IMG/VR virus record: IMGVR_UViG_3300047564_000143
Location: 1 to 24,446 of that record
Direction: 5' to 3' (one strand)
Source: a virus
Taxonomy: Duplodnaviria; Caudoviricetes
Length of the DNA stretch: 24,446 bases
Shown here: piece by piece, positions 1-9,790 of the stretch
Numbering within the stretch: the first letter of the stretch is position 1
Layout of the letters: each line of letters opens with the position of its first letter
Notes under the pieces: model-generated
Told to the model about the DNA's origin: nothing
The model's input: the letters and a program-made list of their open reading frames with translations, nothing else
Database searches by the model: none
Program-made: the position numbers and the translations under genes

Positions 1-13
1 AAAAGGCGGTAGC

Positions 14-613
14 GTGAACATTCACAACCTATTTCCTACCGCATTGGGTATGTTCGACCTCGGGCGTGACTTCACCGAGACAGAAATTGCGTTCATCAAG
101 AACCAAGAAAAGCGCAATAACATGGGCAATACCACAAGCGTCGATAACACGATCCTAAAGAGCCCTGAACTTAAAGGGGTCAAGGACTTTATCGAGGCGT
201 CTGTTGCCAACTACTTCAAGGCCGTCTACGCCCCCAAGCACGAGACTACCCTGCGGATTACGCAGTCCTGGTGCAATTACACCGAGCCGGGGCAGTTCCA
301 CCATAAACACGCTCACCCTAATTCATTTATCAGTGGTGTCTTTTACCCCCAGGCCGACAAAGAGACAGACAAGATCTATTTCTACCGTGACGGGTATCAG
401 CAACTAAAGACCCCTACAGAAGACTTCAACCCGTACAACTCTGAGTCTTGGTGGATGGAAGCCTACACAGGCCGATTGTTCATTTTCCCGTCGCACCTGA
501 CGCATATGGTCGAGACCGTAGAGGGTAAACAGACCCGCATCAGTCTGTCGTTTAACACCTTCCCTATTGGCAACTTTGGGCAAGACGAATCATTGACGGG
601 GCTGCACCTGTGA
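14..613 (+). CDS. 2OG-Fe(II) oxygenase, TIGR02466/2OG-FeII_Oxy_5-like phage family
   Basis: GTG start. Motifs LFPT near the N-terminus, SWCN...HHKHAHPNSFISGVFY, FPSHLTHMV and RISLSFN fit a double-stranded beta-helix with HxH...H metal ligands and an RxS 2OG-binding motif. Confidence 0.85.
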   Translation: MNIHNLFPTALGMFDLGRDFTETEIAFIKNQEKRNNMGNTTSVDNTILKSPELKGVKDFIEASVANYFKAVYAPKHETTLRITQSWCNYTEPGQFHHKHAHPNSFISGVFYPQADKETDKIYFYRDGYQQLKTPTEDFNPYNSESWWMEAYTGRLFIFPSHLTHMVETVEGKQTRISLSFNTFPIGNFGQDESLTGLHL

Positions 614-1182
614 CGCCGCAGAACCTCCTCGATTACGTCAAGGTGTATGAGAACCACCTACCTGCGGATCTATGCAAGTCGGCCTCAGAGAACCTAGACA
701 AGATCAACTGGCAGCAGCACACCTTTTATCAAGCAGGGTCTGATTCGTTTGTCAGTTACGACCACGAACTAGCCATTAGCCATGACGATATTGCAGAGAA
801 GGCCGAGATCAATAAGCAGGTCTGGTTTGCCGTCGAGCGCTATGTCTTAAAGGACTTCGCTAGTTTTGAGCCTTGGTTCGGTGGTTGGAATGGTTATACC
901 AACATTCGGTTCAATCGGTATGACCCCACTACGCAGATGAAACTGCACTGTGACCACATTCATTCGATGTTTGATGGTCAGCGAAAAGGCATCCCAACCT
1001 TGACGATACTGGGTGCTTTAAACGACGATTACGAAGGCGGTGAGTTGATGATGTTTGGTGACCACCGTATTCATCTGCCTGCTGGGGCGGTAGTAGTTTT
1101 TCCCAGTAACTTCATGTATCCGCATGAGGTAAAGCCTGTGAAATCGGGCATTCGTTATTCATACGTTTCATGGACTTGGTAA
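610..1182 (+). CDS. 2OG-Fe(II) oxygenase, prolyl-4-hydroxylase-like (2OG-FeII_Oxy_3)
   Basis: GTGA overlap with the upstream stop. HxD (LHCDH), LNDDYEGGEL, FPSNFMYPHEVKPV and RYSYVSW motifs. Confidence 0.9.
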   Translation: MTPQNLLDYVKVYENHLPADLCKSASENLDKINWQQHTFYQAGSDSFVSYDHELAISHDDIAEKAEINKQVWFAVERYVLKDFASFEPWFGGWNGYTNIRFNRYDPTTQMKLHCDHIHSMFDGQRKGIPTLTILGALNDDYEGGELMMFGDHRIHLPAGAVVVFPSNFMYPHEVKPVKSGIRYSYVSWTW

Positions 1183-1197
1183 AGGAGAATTATTTTG
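1181..1197 (+). promoter_or_regulatory. Shine-Dalgarno site (AGGAG) with TTG start codon
   Basis: AAAGGAGAATTATTTTG: AGGAG at 1183-1187, 7 nt upstream of TTG at 1195. Confidence 0.7.
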
Positions 1198-1575
1198 GCG
1201 CACTTTGTGAAACTCGACGAAAACAACGTGGTGACTCAGGTCATCGTGGTAGCCAACAAAGACACGGCAGACGCTAATGGTGTGGAGAAGGAATACATCG
1301 GGGCTGCGTTCTGCGAGAAACTCTTTGGCGGCACATGGAAGCAGACTTCCTACAACGGCACCATCCGCAAGAACTATGCTGGTATCGGTTACACCTACAA
1401 CGCCGACATTGATGCGTTTGTACCGCCCAAACCTTTTGCGTCTTGGCTGCTGAACAATGACACGGCCCAGTGGGAAGCGCCGGTTCCTATGCCTGAAGGC
1501 GGTATGTATTCGTGGGATGAAGACACGGGTTCTTGGATTGAAATGCAGGTCGCAGGCAACGTAGAAGCGGAGTAA
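1195..1575 (+). CDS. Conserved phage tail-fibre-associated small protein (possible fibre assembly chaperone)
   Basis: The pattern MAHFVKLDENNVVTQVIVV...WKQTSYN..RKNYAGIG..Y....DAF.PPKP..SW....WEAPVPMP..Y.WDE is typical of small genes next to tail fibres in aquatic phages. Good SD before the TTG start. Confidence 0.7.
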   Translation: MAHFVKLDENNVVTQVIVVANKDTADANGVEKEYIGAAFCEKLFGGTWKQTSYNGTIRKNYAGIGYTYNADIDAFVPPKPFASWLLNNDTAQWEAPVPMPEGGMYSWDEDTGSWIEMQVAGNVEAE

Positions 1576-1578
1576 ATC

Positions 1579-3039
1579 ATGGCAAGTGATTACAGCCCAT
1601 TAAAAGTCGAGCTTATTGGTACTGGTGAACAGGCTGGTACTTGGGGTACGACCACCAACACTAACCTTGGCACAGCGCTAGAAGAGGCAATTACCGGTCG
1701 GGCTACAGCAACATTTCCATCGGATGCTAACTACACGCTGCCCTATGCAAGCAGCAATGCTTCACAGGTCTTTCGTAACCTGGTACTTAATGTCACGTCT
1801 TCTGGTAACTTGTCTGCTACACGGGACTTAATTGTCCCTGAAATTACTCCTGGAGTAAGTATTGAAAAACAATACTTCGTTGAGAACAACACCTCTGGCG
1901 GACAAAGCATTCGTATCAAAACCGCTACCGGCACAGGCGTAACAATCCCTAACGGCAAAGTAGCGAATGTTTACTGCGATGGCACCAACGTTAGACTTGC
2001 TGATAACTTTGTAGGAATTACCGGCGGAACTATATCTGGGTTAACAACTGCATTGGAAGTAACCTCAGGTGGTACTGGTTTAAACAGTGCAACACAAGGA
2101 GACATTCTTTATGCATCGGCAACCAACACTTATGTTGCATTGCCAAAGAACACTACCGCTACCCGCTACCTCGCCAACACCGGCACGAGCAACAACCCTG
2201 CTTGGGCACAGATTGACTTAAGTAATGGCGTGACAGGTGATCTACCGTTTGCAAACCTTGCACAAGGTACTGCTTTATCGGTATTAGGCGTTACCGGCGG
2301 CTCAACTGCTGACAATGCAAGTATTGCTGCTGCATCAGACCATCAGGTTCTTCGTAGATCTGGTACTTCTTTGGCTTTTGGTGCCGTAGCTCTTAACCAA
2401 ACAAACGCAGTTACAGGGGCATTACCCGTAGCAAATGGTGGCACTGGTTTGGCAACACTAACTGCCAACAACGTCTTGCTTGGTAACGGCACATCAGCGC
2501 TTCAGGCTGTAGCCCCTGGTACTACGGGAAACCTACTAACCTCTAACGGCACTACTTGGACTTCCGCTGCTCCGCCGACTAGCTTCATAGCTGGCATGAT
2601 CATGATGTGGTCTGGCACCATAGCCACCATACCAACCGGTTGGGTGCTGTGTGACGGCGCAAACAGCACGCCAGACCTTAGAGACCGGTTTATCATCGGC
2701 GCTAGACAAGATGATGGTGGGGTTGCAAAAACTAATGTCACGGGGTCACTGACTCAGACTGGTGGCTCTAAAGATGCAATTGTCGTTAGCCACACCCACT
2801 CTGCAACATCTTCTGTAACAGACCCAGGCCACACTCACACAGCCAACATCGTCAACGAGATTCTTGCTGGTGGCCCGTTTAGTACAGTTCGACCCGTTGG
2901 CGCTGGTTCTGGAACAATCGGTATGACAACCTCGACGACTGGTATCACAGTAGCAACTACAGTCTTATCCACTGGCTCGTCTGGCACCAACGCTAATCTG
3001 CCTCCGTACTACGCTCTTGCGTTCATCATGAAGACCTAA
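1579..3039 (+). CDS. Tail fibre / tail-collar-domain protein
   Basis: Thr/Gly/Ala/Ser-rich with LPVANGGTG-type fibre repeats. C-terminal phage tail collar signature GMIMMWSG..IPTGWVLCDG...TPDLRDRFIIGA, two HTH metal-binding motifs and a terminal NLPPYYALAFIMK. Confidence 0.85.
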   Translation: MASDYSPLKVELIGTGEQAGTWGTTTNTNLGTALEEAITGRATATFPSDANYTLPYASSNASQVFRNLVLNVTSSGNLSATRDLIVPEITPGVSIEKQYFVENNTSGGQSIRIKTATGTGVTIPNGKVANVYCDGTNVRLADNFVGITGGTISGLTTALEVTSGGTGLNSATQGDILYASATNTYVALPKNTTATRYLANTGTSNNPAWAQIDLSNGVTGDLPFANLAQGTALSVLGVTGGSTADNASIAAASDHQVLRRSGTSLAFGAVALNQTNAVTGALPVANGGTGLATLTANNVLLGNGTSALQAVAPGTTGNLLTSNGTTWTSAAPPTSFIAGMIMMWSGTIATIPTGWVLCDGANSTPDLRDRFIIGARQDDGGVAKTNVTGSLTQTGGSKDAIVVSHTHSATSSVTDPGHTHTANIVNEILAGGPFSTVRPVGAGSGTIGMTTSTTGITVATTVLSTGSSGTNANLPPYYALAFIMKT

Positions 3040-3041
3040 CA

Positions 3042-3617
3042 ATGACAGCACTCTCCAACAATCTGTCTGACTACATCATGTACCTAGAGAACGTGGTGCC
3101 TGAGCAGCTAATTAGCGACATTCTTGCCGAGTACGATACAGACGAAGATTGGGAAGACTCAAAGATTGGTGTCGATGGACAGGTCATGACGCAGGTTCGT
3201 GGTGCCAAAATCAAGAGCTTGTCTCGGGTAGAAAGCATCCAGAAGAACGAGGCGGTGCGAAAAGAGATAGACGCTCAGTTATTTAGGTGTGTTGAGGCTG
3301 GGCTGCTGGCTTATACAAAACAGTTTCCTACCTGTGTGGTGGAAAAAGACACTGGCTACGACCTACTTAAGTACGAAACCGGCACTGGATACCGCAAACA
3401 CGTGGATAACTTTCTGGGGTTTCAGCGAGCGCTGTCATGTTCTATAGTGCTAAACGATGGCTTTGAAGGCGGTGAGTTTGAGTTCTTTAATGGTGAGGTT
3501 TCCTACAAACTAGCTAAGGGAAGTATGTTGTTATTTCCTAGTTCGTTTCAGTATCCTCATCAAGTAAATCCCGTTACCTCTGGAACGAGATACTCAATTG
3601 TTACTTGGTTTAACTAA
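3042..3617 (+). CDS. 2OG-Fe(II) oxygenase, prolyl-4-hydroxylase-like
   Basis: HxD (KHVDN), LNDGFEGGEF, FPSSFQYPHQVNPV and RYSIVTW motifs. Paralogous in motifs to 610-1182. Confidence 0.9.
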   Translation: MTALSNNLSDYIMYLENVVPEQLISDILAEYDTDEDWEDSKIGVDGQVMTQVRGAKIKSLSRVESIQKNEAVRKEIDAQLFRCVEAGLLAYTKQFPTCVVEKDTGYDLLKYETGTGYRKHVDNFLGFQRALSCSIVLNDGFEGGEFEFFNGEVSYKLAKGSMLLFPSSFQYPHQVNPVTSGTRYSIVTWFN

Positions 3618-3631
3618 GAAAATGTTTGACG

Positions 3632-4099
3632 ATGCTACTCGAACTAGCCGCCGCCAACGCAGCCTTTGCGGTCATCAAGGAGGCTATAAATAACAGCGGG
3701 GAGATTATCCAGGCTGGTAAGGCAGTATTTGAGTATTTCGACAACAAGGCAAAGATCCAAGAGAAGGTAGCGGCAACACCGGATCATAAGCGCAACGACC
3801 TAGAAGAATTCTTTGCGCTAGAGCAGTTAAAGAAGCAAGAGCAGGAACTGCGGGAAATGTTTATTTACCAGGGCCGACCTGGGTTGTGGGATGACTGGCA
3901 GGCGTTTCAGGTTAAGGCTAGGCAGAATAGAGAAGCAGCAGCACGAGAAGTAGCAAGGATAGCGCAGGAGAAGAAGGCTCGTCGTGCAAGGATCATGGAG
4001 CAGCTTCTTCTGGGGTTCTGGTTGTTTGTGGCAGGATCGATATTTGTTGGGCTGATGGTCGGTGCTATTTGGCTGTATATGCTTAAAGGCAGGTCATGA
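3632..4099 (+). CDS. Phage membrane-anchored coiled-coil protein (lysis-region associated)
   Basis: ATG at 3632 is preferred to TTG at 3626. Helical charged middle region and one C-terminal hydrophobic segment (LLLGFWLFVAGSIFVGLMVGAIWLY). Confidence 0.6.
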   Translation: MLLELAAANAAFAVIKEAINNSGEIIQAGKAVFEYFDNKAKIQEKVAATPDHKRNDLEEFFALEQLKKQEQELREMFIYQGRPGLWDDWQAFQVKARQNREAAAREVARIAQEKKARRARIMEQLLLGFWLFVAGSIFVGLMVGAIWLYMLKGRS

Positions 4100-4374
4100 A
4101 TGAAAAGCAGAGGGTGTGGAACATACTCAAAGGGTCTGGTATGAAATACACAGCGGAAGAAATTCAAACGATGGTCTGGGCCACGGTGGTCATAGGCGTG
4201 CTGTCGTTGCTGGTTATCTCAACCATTGGCATCATTCTTAGTGTTTTGTTCGTAGACCATGACCTGACACAGATGGCTCCCATAGACCAGAAGTTTCTTG
4301 AGATTTTGAAAGAGATTATGCTGGTGGCTATTGGTGTGATCTCCGGCGTCGCAAGCACAAGGATAGGAAAGTAA
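4096..4374 (+). CDS. Small two-TM membrane protein (holin/antiholin-like)
   Basis: Two hydrophobic helices (VWATVVIGVLSLLVISTIGIILSVLFV; IMLVAIGVISGVA). ATGA overlap. Alternative start at 4141. Confidence 0.55.
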   Translation: MNEKQRVWNILKGSGMKYTAEEIQTMVWATVVIGVLSLLVISTIGIILSVLFVDHDLTQMAPIDQKFLEILKEIMLVAIGVISGVASTRIGK

Positions 4375-4812
4375 ATGCTACCCATAGCCGCCCTGTTATC
4401 GATTGGTGAGAAGGTCTTAGATAAGGTCATTCCAGACCCCGGTGCTAAAGCAGAAGCCCAAGCCAAACTCATGGAGATGGCGCAGAAGGGTGACCTTGCT
4501 GAGCTGGAGTTCATGGCTAAAGAGATGGACTCAGCCAGACGGCGGGAGATTGAGATTGCCGTATCAACCAATGCACCCTTTATCAGCAAGGTGGTGACGC
4601 CTATCCTGGCGCTAGGCACGGTTGGTCTGACCTTTATCCTCTTTACCGTCATCATCTTTGTGGATGTCAATGCCCAGTCAAAAGACATTCTGGTCTATGT
4701 GCTAGGTGGTCTTACCTCTGCTATGACGATGGTGCTTGGGTATTACTTCGGTAGTTCTGCTGGTAGTAAAGAGAAAACCAAGCAAATTGACGATCTGCTG
4801 GAGAAGAAATGA
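4375..4812 (+). CDS. Putative holin (3TM/GTA-holin-like)
   Basis: N-terminal 'IGEKVLDKVIPDP..KAEAQAKL', then DSARRRE, two TM helices and YYFGSSAGSKEK. Lies directly upstream of the endolysin. Confidence 0.7.
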   Translation: MLPIAALLSIGEKVLDKVIPDPGAKAEAQAKLMEMAQKGDLAELEFMAKEMDSARRREIEIAVSTNAPFISKVVTPILALGTVGLTFILFTVIIFVDVNAQSKDILVYVLGGLTSAMTMVLGYYFGSSAGSKEKTKQIDDLLEKK

Positions 4813-5276
4813 CCCAACTGACCAAGAACTTTAGCCTTGCCGAGATGGTGAAGTCTGAGACTGCGCTGCGCCATGACCTACCAAACAACCCTGGCCCAGA
4901 CGAACTGAACAATCTTTTGAACCTCTGCGCCAACGTATTGCAGCCTATCCGTGATCACTACCAGAAAGGCGTCAAGGTCAACTCGGGCTATCGCTCGCCG
5001 GATGTAAATGCTAAAGTAGGGGGGTCTAGAACCTCGGATCACTGCCGAGGAATGGCTGCTGACATTGAGATACCGGGGGTAGGAAATCCAGATTTAGCAG
5101 AATGGATAGCAAATAATTTAACGTACACCCAATTGATTCTTGAGTTTGTAACGCCGGGCGTACCTGATAGTGGATGGGTACACGTGTCGTATGACCCACA
5201 AAACTTAAAGAAACAAAATCTTACTGCAACAAGAAGAGACGGTAAGGTGATGTATCTACCTGGATTGGTTGCTTAA
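4809..5276 (+). CDS. Endolysin, peptidase M15A family zinc metallopeptidase
   Basis: [11 protein letters not shown]-terminus, SGYRS..VN..VGG..TSDH..G.AADI and GWVHVSY motifs, giving Zn ligands H, D, H. Confidence 0.9.
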   Translation: MTQLTKNFSLAEMVKSETALRHDLPNNPGPDELNNLLNLCANVLQPIRDHYQKGVKVNSGYRSPDVNAKVGGSRTSDHCRGMAADIEIPGVGNPDLAEWIANNLTYTQLILEFVTPGVPDSGWVHVSYDPQNLKKQNLTATRRDGKVMYLPGLVA

Positions 5277-5278
5277 TC

Positions 5279-7408
5279 ATGTCGTTTATACGCCTACAGT
5301 TTAAACCTGGGATAAACAGAGACACGACCAACTACGCCAACGAAGGCGGTTGGTATGAATGCGATAAGGTCCGGTTTTATTCTGGCTATCCACAGAAACT
5401 AGGCGGATGGGTCAAGTACGCACCAGATCCGTTTATTGGTGTATGTCGTCAGATGTTGAATTGGTTTACATCGTTTACCGATGATTTTATGGCGCTAGGT
5501 ACCGATAAAAAACTCTATATAGAGGTTGGCGCAGAGTTCTATGACATTACCCCTATTCGAACCACATTAACCACCCCCGCAACAGATAACAGCGTTGAAA
5601 CGGGGTTTACAGGTACCGGCAGTATCTCCGGAACGACGCTCACCATATCGGCGGTTACCTCTGGCGCTTTGGCTATTGGTAGCGTAATAACGACTGGCGC
5701 TTCTGCTGGCACAACGATTGTTGCTTTTCTTACCGGTTTAGGCGGCGTAGGAACGTATCAAGTTAATACCTCTCAAACTGTTGGATCTACAACGATTGCC
5801 GTTGCCGCATCTACCACAGTGACATTTGGTATTACCGCTCATGGATGTTTGGTTGGTGATTACATCACCATATCTGGTGTTACGGGTAACGTGGGTGGAG
5901 TACCTAATGCTGATTTAAATAAAGAACTTGTAGTCACCCAAGTAATAGACGCCAATAACTTTACGGTTGTTGTTGCCACTGCATCTACATCAGTAGCTAC
6001 TGGCGGTGGCACAGGCATAACTATTGTTTGTCAGATCCATACGGGTTTTGGTACTCAAACAGCCGGTTATGGTTGGGGTACAGGCGGATGGGGTAGTGTT
6101 GGATGGAGTCTTTCCTCATCACAACCTGTTTATTTGCCTCAACGAGACTGGTTCTTGGATAACTTTGACAATGACCTTGTTGCAAATATTAGAGCAAATA
6201 CAACCGGTGCCGGAGCAGCTATTGGAGGACCGGTATATTATTGGGAACGAGGATCTTCAGTAAGTCCATCATCAGCCCTTGGCACCCGAGCAGTCTTACT
6301 TTCTTCTCTGTCTGGTGCGGATTCAGTCCCAGTAACTGTAGGTCAAGTGCTTGTCTCACAAAACGACAAACACCTTCTTGCTTTTGGATGTCAACCATTT
6401 GGCGGTACGGCTGCTGACTATGATCCGTTGCTTATTCGTTGGGCTAGCCAAGATGAACCAATGTATTGGAATCCAACAGGAACTACACCTAATAGTCTGC
6501 CAAGCTCTGCTGGATCTTTGCGTGTATCCCGTGGTTCACGGATCATTCGGGCTATACCTACCAGACAAGAAGTAGTGGTTTTTACTGACACTCATGTCTA
6601 TTCACTACAGTTCTTAGGAACCACTGATGTGTTTGGCCTGCAAGAACTGTCAGACAGCATTTCTATTATTTGCCCTCGTGCGCCCGTGTCAGTAAATAAC
6701 GTGGTGTTCTGGATGGGGACGGACAAGTTTTATATCTATGATGGTCGTGTACAGGTTCTCCCCTGCACTATCAAAGAATATATCTTTAAAGATATAAATC
6801 TTGTACAGGCCGAACAGATTGTTTCTGGAACTAATGAAAGCTACAACGAGGTTTGGTGGTTCTACTGTAGTTCCACATCTTCAGTAGTTGATCGTTATGC
6901 CATATACAATTATCTAGATCAAATTTGGTACTATGGAACAATAAACCGTACTGCATGGCTAGATAAAGCATCTTCAGGAAAACCATTAGCAACGGCTTAT
7001 AACCCTGATACTGACTTGTCTTTGTTGTACGAGCATGAGAATGGTTTAAACGATGATGAAACTCCTATGGTTTCATATATCCAATCCTCAGACTTTGATA
7101 TCGGGGATGGAGAGAAGTTTATGCTTACCCGGCGGATGATTCCTGACATCAACTTCACAACATCCACAGCACAGACTCCAGAGATTGATATAACTGTCCG
7201 TCCAAGGAACTGGCCTGGGTCTAATTTCACCAATGACCCATCTGATACCCAACGGGTGATACAGACATCTATCAGTCAATACACAAATCAGATCTTTGTT
7301 CGGGCACGAGCCAGACAGTTAGCGGTCAAAATTGCATCTGATGATCTTGGAGTGTTCTGGCAGTTGGGTGTGCTTCGTTTAGATGCTAGAGAGGATGGTA
7401 AGCAGTAA
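5279..7408 (+). CDS. Tail hub / tail tubular protein B (P22 gp10-like stabilisation protein)
   Basis: 709-aa beta-rich protein (KPGINRD..Y..EGGW..CDKVRF; IRWASQDE...W; FWMG.DKFY.YDG; EVWWFY; RTAWLD; RARARQ; WQLG.LRLD...DG). Positioned before the ejection genes. Confidence 0.75.
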   Translation: MSFIRLQFKPGINRDTTNYANEGGWYECDKVRFYSGYPQKLGGWVKYAPDPFIGVCRQMLNWFTSFTDDFMALGTDKKLYIEVGAEFYDITPIRTTLTTPATDNSVETGFTGTGSISGTTLTISAVTSGALAIGSVITTGASAGTTIVAFLTGLGGVGTYQVNTSQTVGSTTIAVAASTTVTFGITAHGCLVGDYITISGVTGNVGGVPNADLNKELVVTQVIDANNFTVVVATASTSVATGGGTGITIVCQIHTGFGTQTAGYGWGTGGWGSVGWSLSSSQPVYLPQRDWFLDNFDNDLVANIRANTTGAGAAIGGPVYYWERGSSVSPSSALGTRAVLLSSLSGADSVPVTVGQVLVSQNDKHLLAFGCQPFGGTAADYDPLLIRWASQDEPMYWNPTGTTPNSLPSSAGSLRVSRGSRIIRAIPTRQEVVVFTDTHVYSLQFLGTTDVFGLQELSDSISIICPRAPVSVNNVVFWMGTDKFYIYDGRVQVLPCTIKEYIFKDINLVQAEQIVSGTNESYNEVWWFYCSSTSSVVDRYAIYNYLDQIWYYGTINRTAWLDKASSGKPLATAYNPDTDLSLLYEHENGLNDDETPMVSYIQSSDFDIGDGEKFMLTRRMIPDINFTTSTAQTPEIDITVRPRNWPGSNFTNDPSDTQRVIQTSISQYTNQIFVRARARQLAVKIASDDLGVFWQLGVLRLDAREDGKQ

Positions 7409-8080
7409 ATGGGGATGATCAAGTTCAAGTCTCCTGCGTTACCGCTCCCCCGTGAGTTGTATGACAGGCAGTACTTCGACCAGTTCATTCGTGTCCTGAC
7501 TCTTTATTTCAACCAACTAGACTCCACAACACCGCTTCAAAATGACTATTACGTCGGTGGCGGATGGAAGTTAGTAATTCCTCACATCTCCGCTTCAGAC
7601 TCTACCGATCAGATTGCTGGCGGTGATGACACGCCCACGGTTGTAAAGTGGAACACGCTTGACTCAAGCTTTGGCTGGACGTTGGCTGCACCGGGCACTG
7701 CTACGGCTCAGTATGATGGGGTCTATAAGATCACGTACAGCTTGCAGTTCATTAACACGGCTAACGCTATTCACTACGCCACGGTATGGATAAAGGTTAA
7801 CAATAATGACGTAGCTGACTCAGCCACAATCTTTACCGTACCGGCCCGTAAAAGCGCTAGTCCTGGCGAAGAGGGGTACATTGCGGCCTATTCTGAAGCT
7901 ACATTTAGCATGAACGCTGGGGATGAGGTAGAACTTTATTGGGCTACAGATCAGGCTGGTGACCCTACAGTACCGACAAATGGGGTCTATATTTTTCACG
8001 ACAACGCTCAGACAACCCCCTTTGCTAGACCAGCAATTCCCTCGGCAATAGGTTCCATAACCTTTGTCTCTTCCACCTAA
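7409..8080 (+). CDS. Virion protein with C-terminal C1q/TNF-like jelly-roll (possible tail needle/knob)
   Basis: Short helical N-terminus (YDRQYFDQFIRVLTLYFNQLD) followed by a beta domain with GVYKITYSLQF, WIKVN and AGDEVELYW patterns. Sits directly after the hub gene. Confidence 0.55.
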   Translation: MGMIKFKSPALPLPRELYDRQYFDQFIRVLTLYFNQLDSTTPLQNDYYVGGGWKLVIPHISASDSTDQIAGGDDTPTVVKWNTLDSSFGWTLAAPGTATAQYDGVYKITYSLQFINTANAIHYATVWIKVNNNDVADSATIFTVPARKSASPGEEGYIAAYSEATFSMNAGDEVELYWATDQAGDPTVPTNGVYIFHDNAQTTPFARPAIPSAIGSITFVSST

Positions 8081-8120
8081 CCATGACAAAATACAACTAT
8101 CTGTTTAAACGGGTGAAACT

Positions 8121-9356
8121 ATGTACGACATGAAACCTATGGCGGAATCCCTAGCCTCTCAGGGCAGATACGGGGACTCCATGCTTGTTCACATGAACCC
8201 CGTTGAGGTTGCTGGCCTAAGGGCTGCTGCCCAAAAGATGGGCGGAGATCTCACCACCAATCCCCGAACAGGACAACCAGAAGCTTTCTTACCCTTCCTT
8301 ATCGGTATGGGTTTACAAGGCCTTGGGATGTCTGCTCTAGGTGCCGGTATTGCTACCGGACTTGGAACAGCGGTAGTGACCAAAGACATTGGTCAAGGCC
8401 TTATGGCAGGCCTAGGAGCCTATGGCGGTGCTGGTATAGGGGAAGGATTAGGGGCAGCTTCTTCAGCCGCTAATGTTGCTCAGGCTGCTCCAACAGCAAG
8501 TGCGGATCTTTTGGCTGGTGCTAGCCAATCAACCGCAGTCCCAGGCTCTATTGGTGCTAGTATGACCCCCACAGCCGCACCGGCAAGCTTTGCTCCTATT
8601 CCTGGTGGAGCAACTCCAATGCCAATGGATGTCATGACCGGAGCAGGTGATTTATCGATGGCTCAGGTTGGTGGAACTTCTGTTCCTGGAACTCCTGTTG
8701 GGTTTACACAACCAGTTCCCCCACCTAGTTCTCCATCAATGTTTGCTGAACCTCTAGCGGCAGGCCGAGATATAGCCCTAGCCCCTCCAAGCCAAGGATC
8801 ATTGGCTGGTCTTGACGCCGTTACTTCTACCGGTCCCACCGGAGAGGCGGCTAGGGGAGCTTTCATGCAAAAAGTTGGCGGTGGCTCTGGATTGTTAACC
8901 AAGACCGCTTACGGGATTGCTCCTTATGCTCTTGAGAAAGCATTTGAACAACCAGATTTCAATGCTCCAGAAGATAACTCTCTGATCCGTCCTTATGACT
9001 ATGATCCGACTACCCGCCGGTTCACTGCTCGGGAACCCTACAAAGCACCCGGACCTGAGTACATGGCTAAGGGTGGATTAGCTGGTCTGACTGGCTACAA
9101 GGAAGGAAACATCCTCCGAGGCCAGGGAGACGGGATGAGTGATGAAATCAAGGCAAGCATTGATGGTGAACAGGATGTTCTCCTATCTGATGGAGAGTAT
9201 GTCATTCCTGCTGATGCGGTAGCCATGCTTGGCAATGGATCGACTGATGCAGGAGCGAACAGGCTAGATGCCATGATTGCTCGTCTTAGGACACAGAAAT
9301 ACGGACGCAACAAACAGCCTCCAGAGATGAAGGCGGAAAGTGTTATGCCTGCATGA
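8121..9356 (+). CDS. Putative internal virion / DNA ejection protein
   Basis: N-terminal GRYGDSMLVHMNP.EV...TTNPRTGQPEAF, a Gly/Ala hydrophobic segment, a Pro/Ala low-complexity linker and a C-terminal GDGMSD..LSDGEYVIPADAV domain. Confidence 0.6.
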   Translation: MYDMKPMAESLASQGRYGDSMLVHMNPVEVAGLRAAAQKMGGDLTTNPRTGQPEAFLPFLIGMGLQGLGMSALGAGIATGLGTAVVTKDIGQGLMAGLGAYGGAGIGEGLGAASSAANVAQAAPTASADLLAGASQSTAVPGSIGASMTPTAAPASFAPIPGGATPMPMDVMTGAGDLSMAQVGGTSVPGTPVGFTQPVPPPSSPSMFAEPLAAGRDIALAPPSQGSLAGLDAVTSTGPTGEAARGAFMQKVGGGSGLLTKTAYGIAPYALEKAFEQPDFNAPEDNSLIRPYDYDPTTRRFTAREPYKAPGPEYMAKGGLAGLTGYKEGNILRGQGDGMSDEIKASIDGEQDVLLSDGEYVIPADAVAMLGNGSTDAGANRLDAMIARLRTQKYGRNKQPPEMKAESVMPA

Positions 9357-9790
9357 TTCAAGTCTCTCATGTTCCAAGAGAATATGTAGATCAGTGCTGG
9401 CTTAATGTTGAAGAGTATTTAAAAGCAGCAGCGGAATATACGCACGGTAGATACGAAGTTGATGATATCTACAACGCAGTAATGGATTACGACCACCATC
9501 TGTGGGTCGCCTTTGAAGACAACGAAGTTTTGGGTGCGGTTGTCACAAACTTTATGCATTACCCCAGAAAGAAGTTTCTCTGTATGTCTTTCTGTGGGGG
9601 GACAAGATTATCGGAATGGAAAGATCCAATGTTGAAACTTTTACAGCATTGGGCATTTGATAATCACTGCGATGGTGTTGAGGCAACTGCTAGAATTGGA
9701 TGGGCAAAGGTGTTTAAACAAGATGGACACAAAGCCCTTTGGCAGACATTTGAACTACCAGCGGGTAGTGAAGGGATAAATCATGGGTAA
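9353..9790 (+). CDS. GNAT-fold protein (P22 gp14-like position)
   Basis: LWVAF...LGAVVT...YPRKK.L...FCGG...W...L..WA....C..VE...RIGW.KV pattern typical of acetyltransferase-fold virion assembly proteins. Confidence 0.6.
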   Translation: MIQVSHVPREYVDQCWLNVEEYLKAAAEYTHGRYEVDDIYNAVMDYDHHLWVAFEDNEVLGAVVTNFMHYPRKKFLCMSFCGGTRLSEWKDPMLKLLQHWAFDNHCDGVEATARIGWAKVFKQDGHKALWQTFELPAGSEGINHG

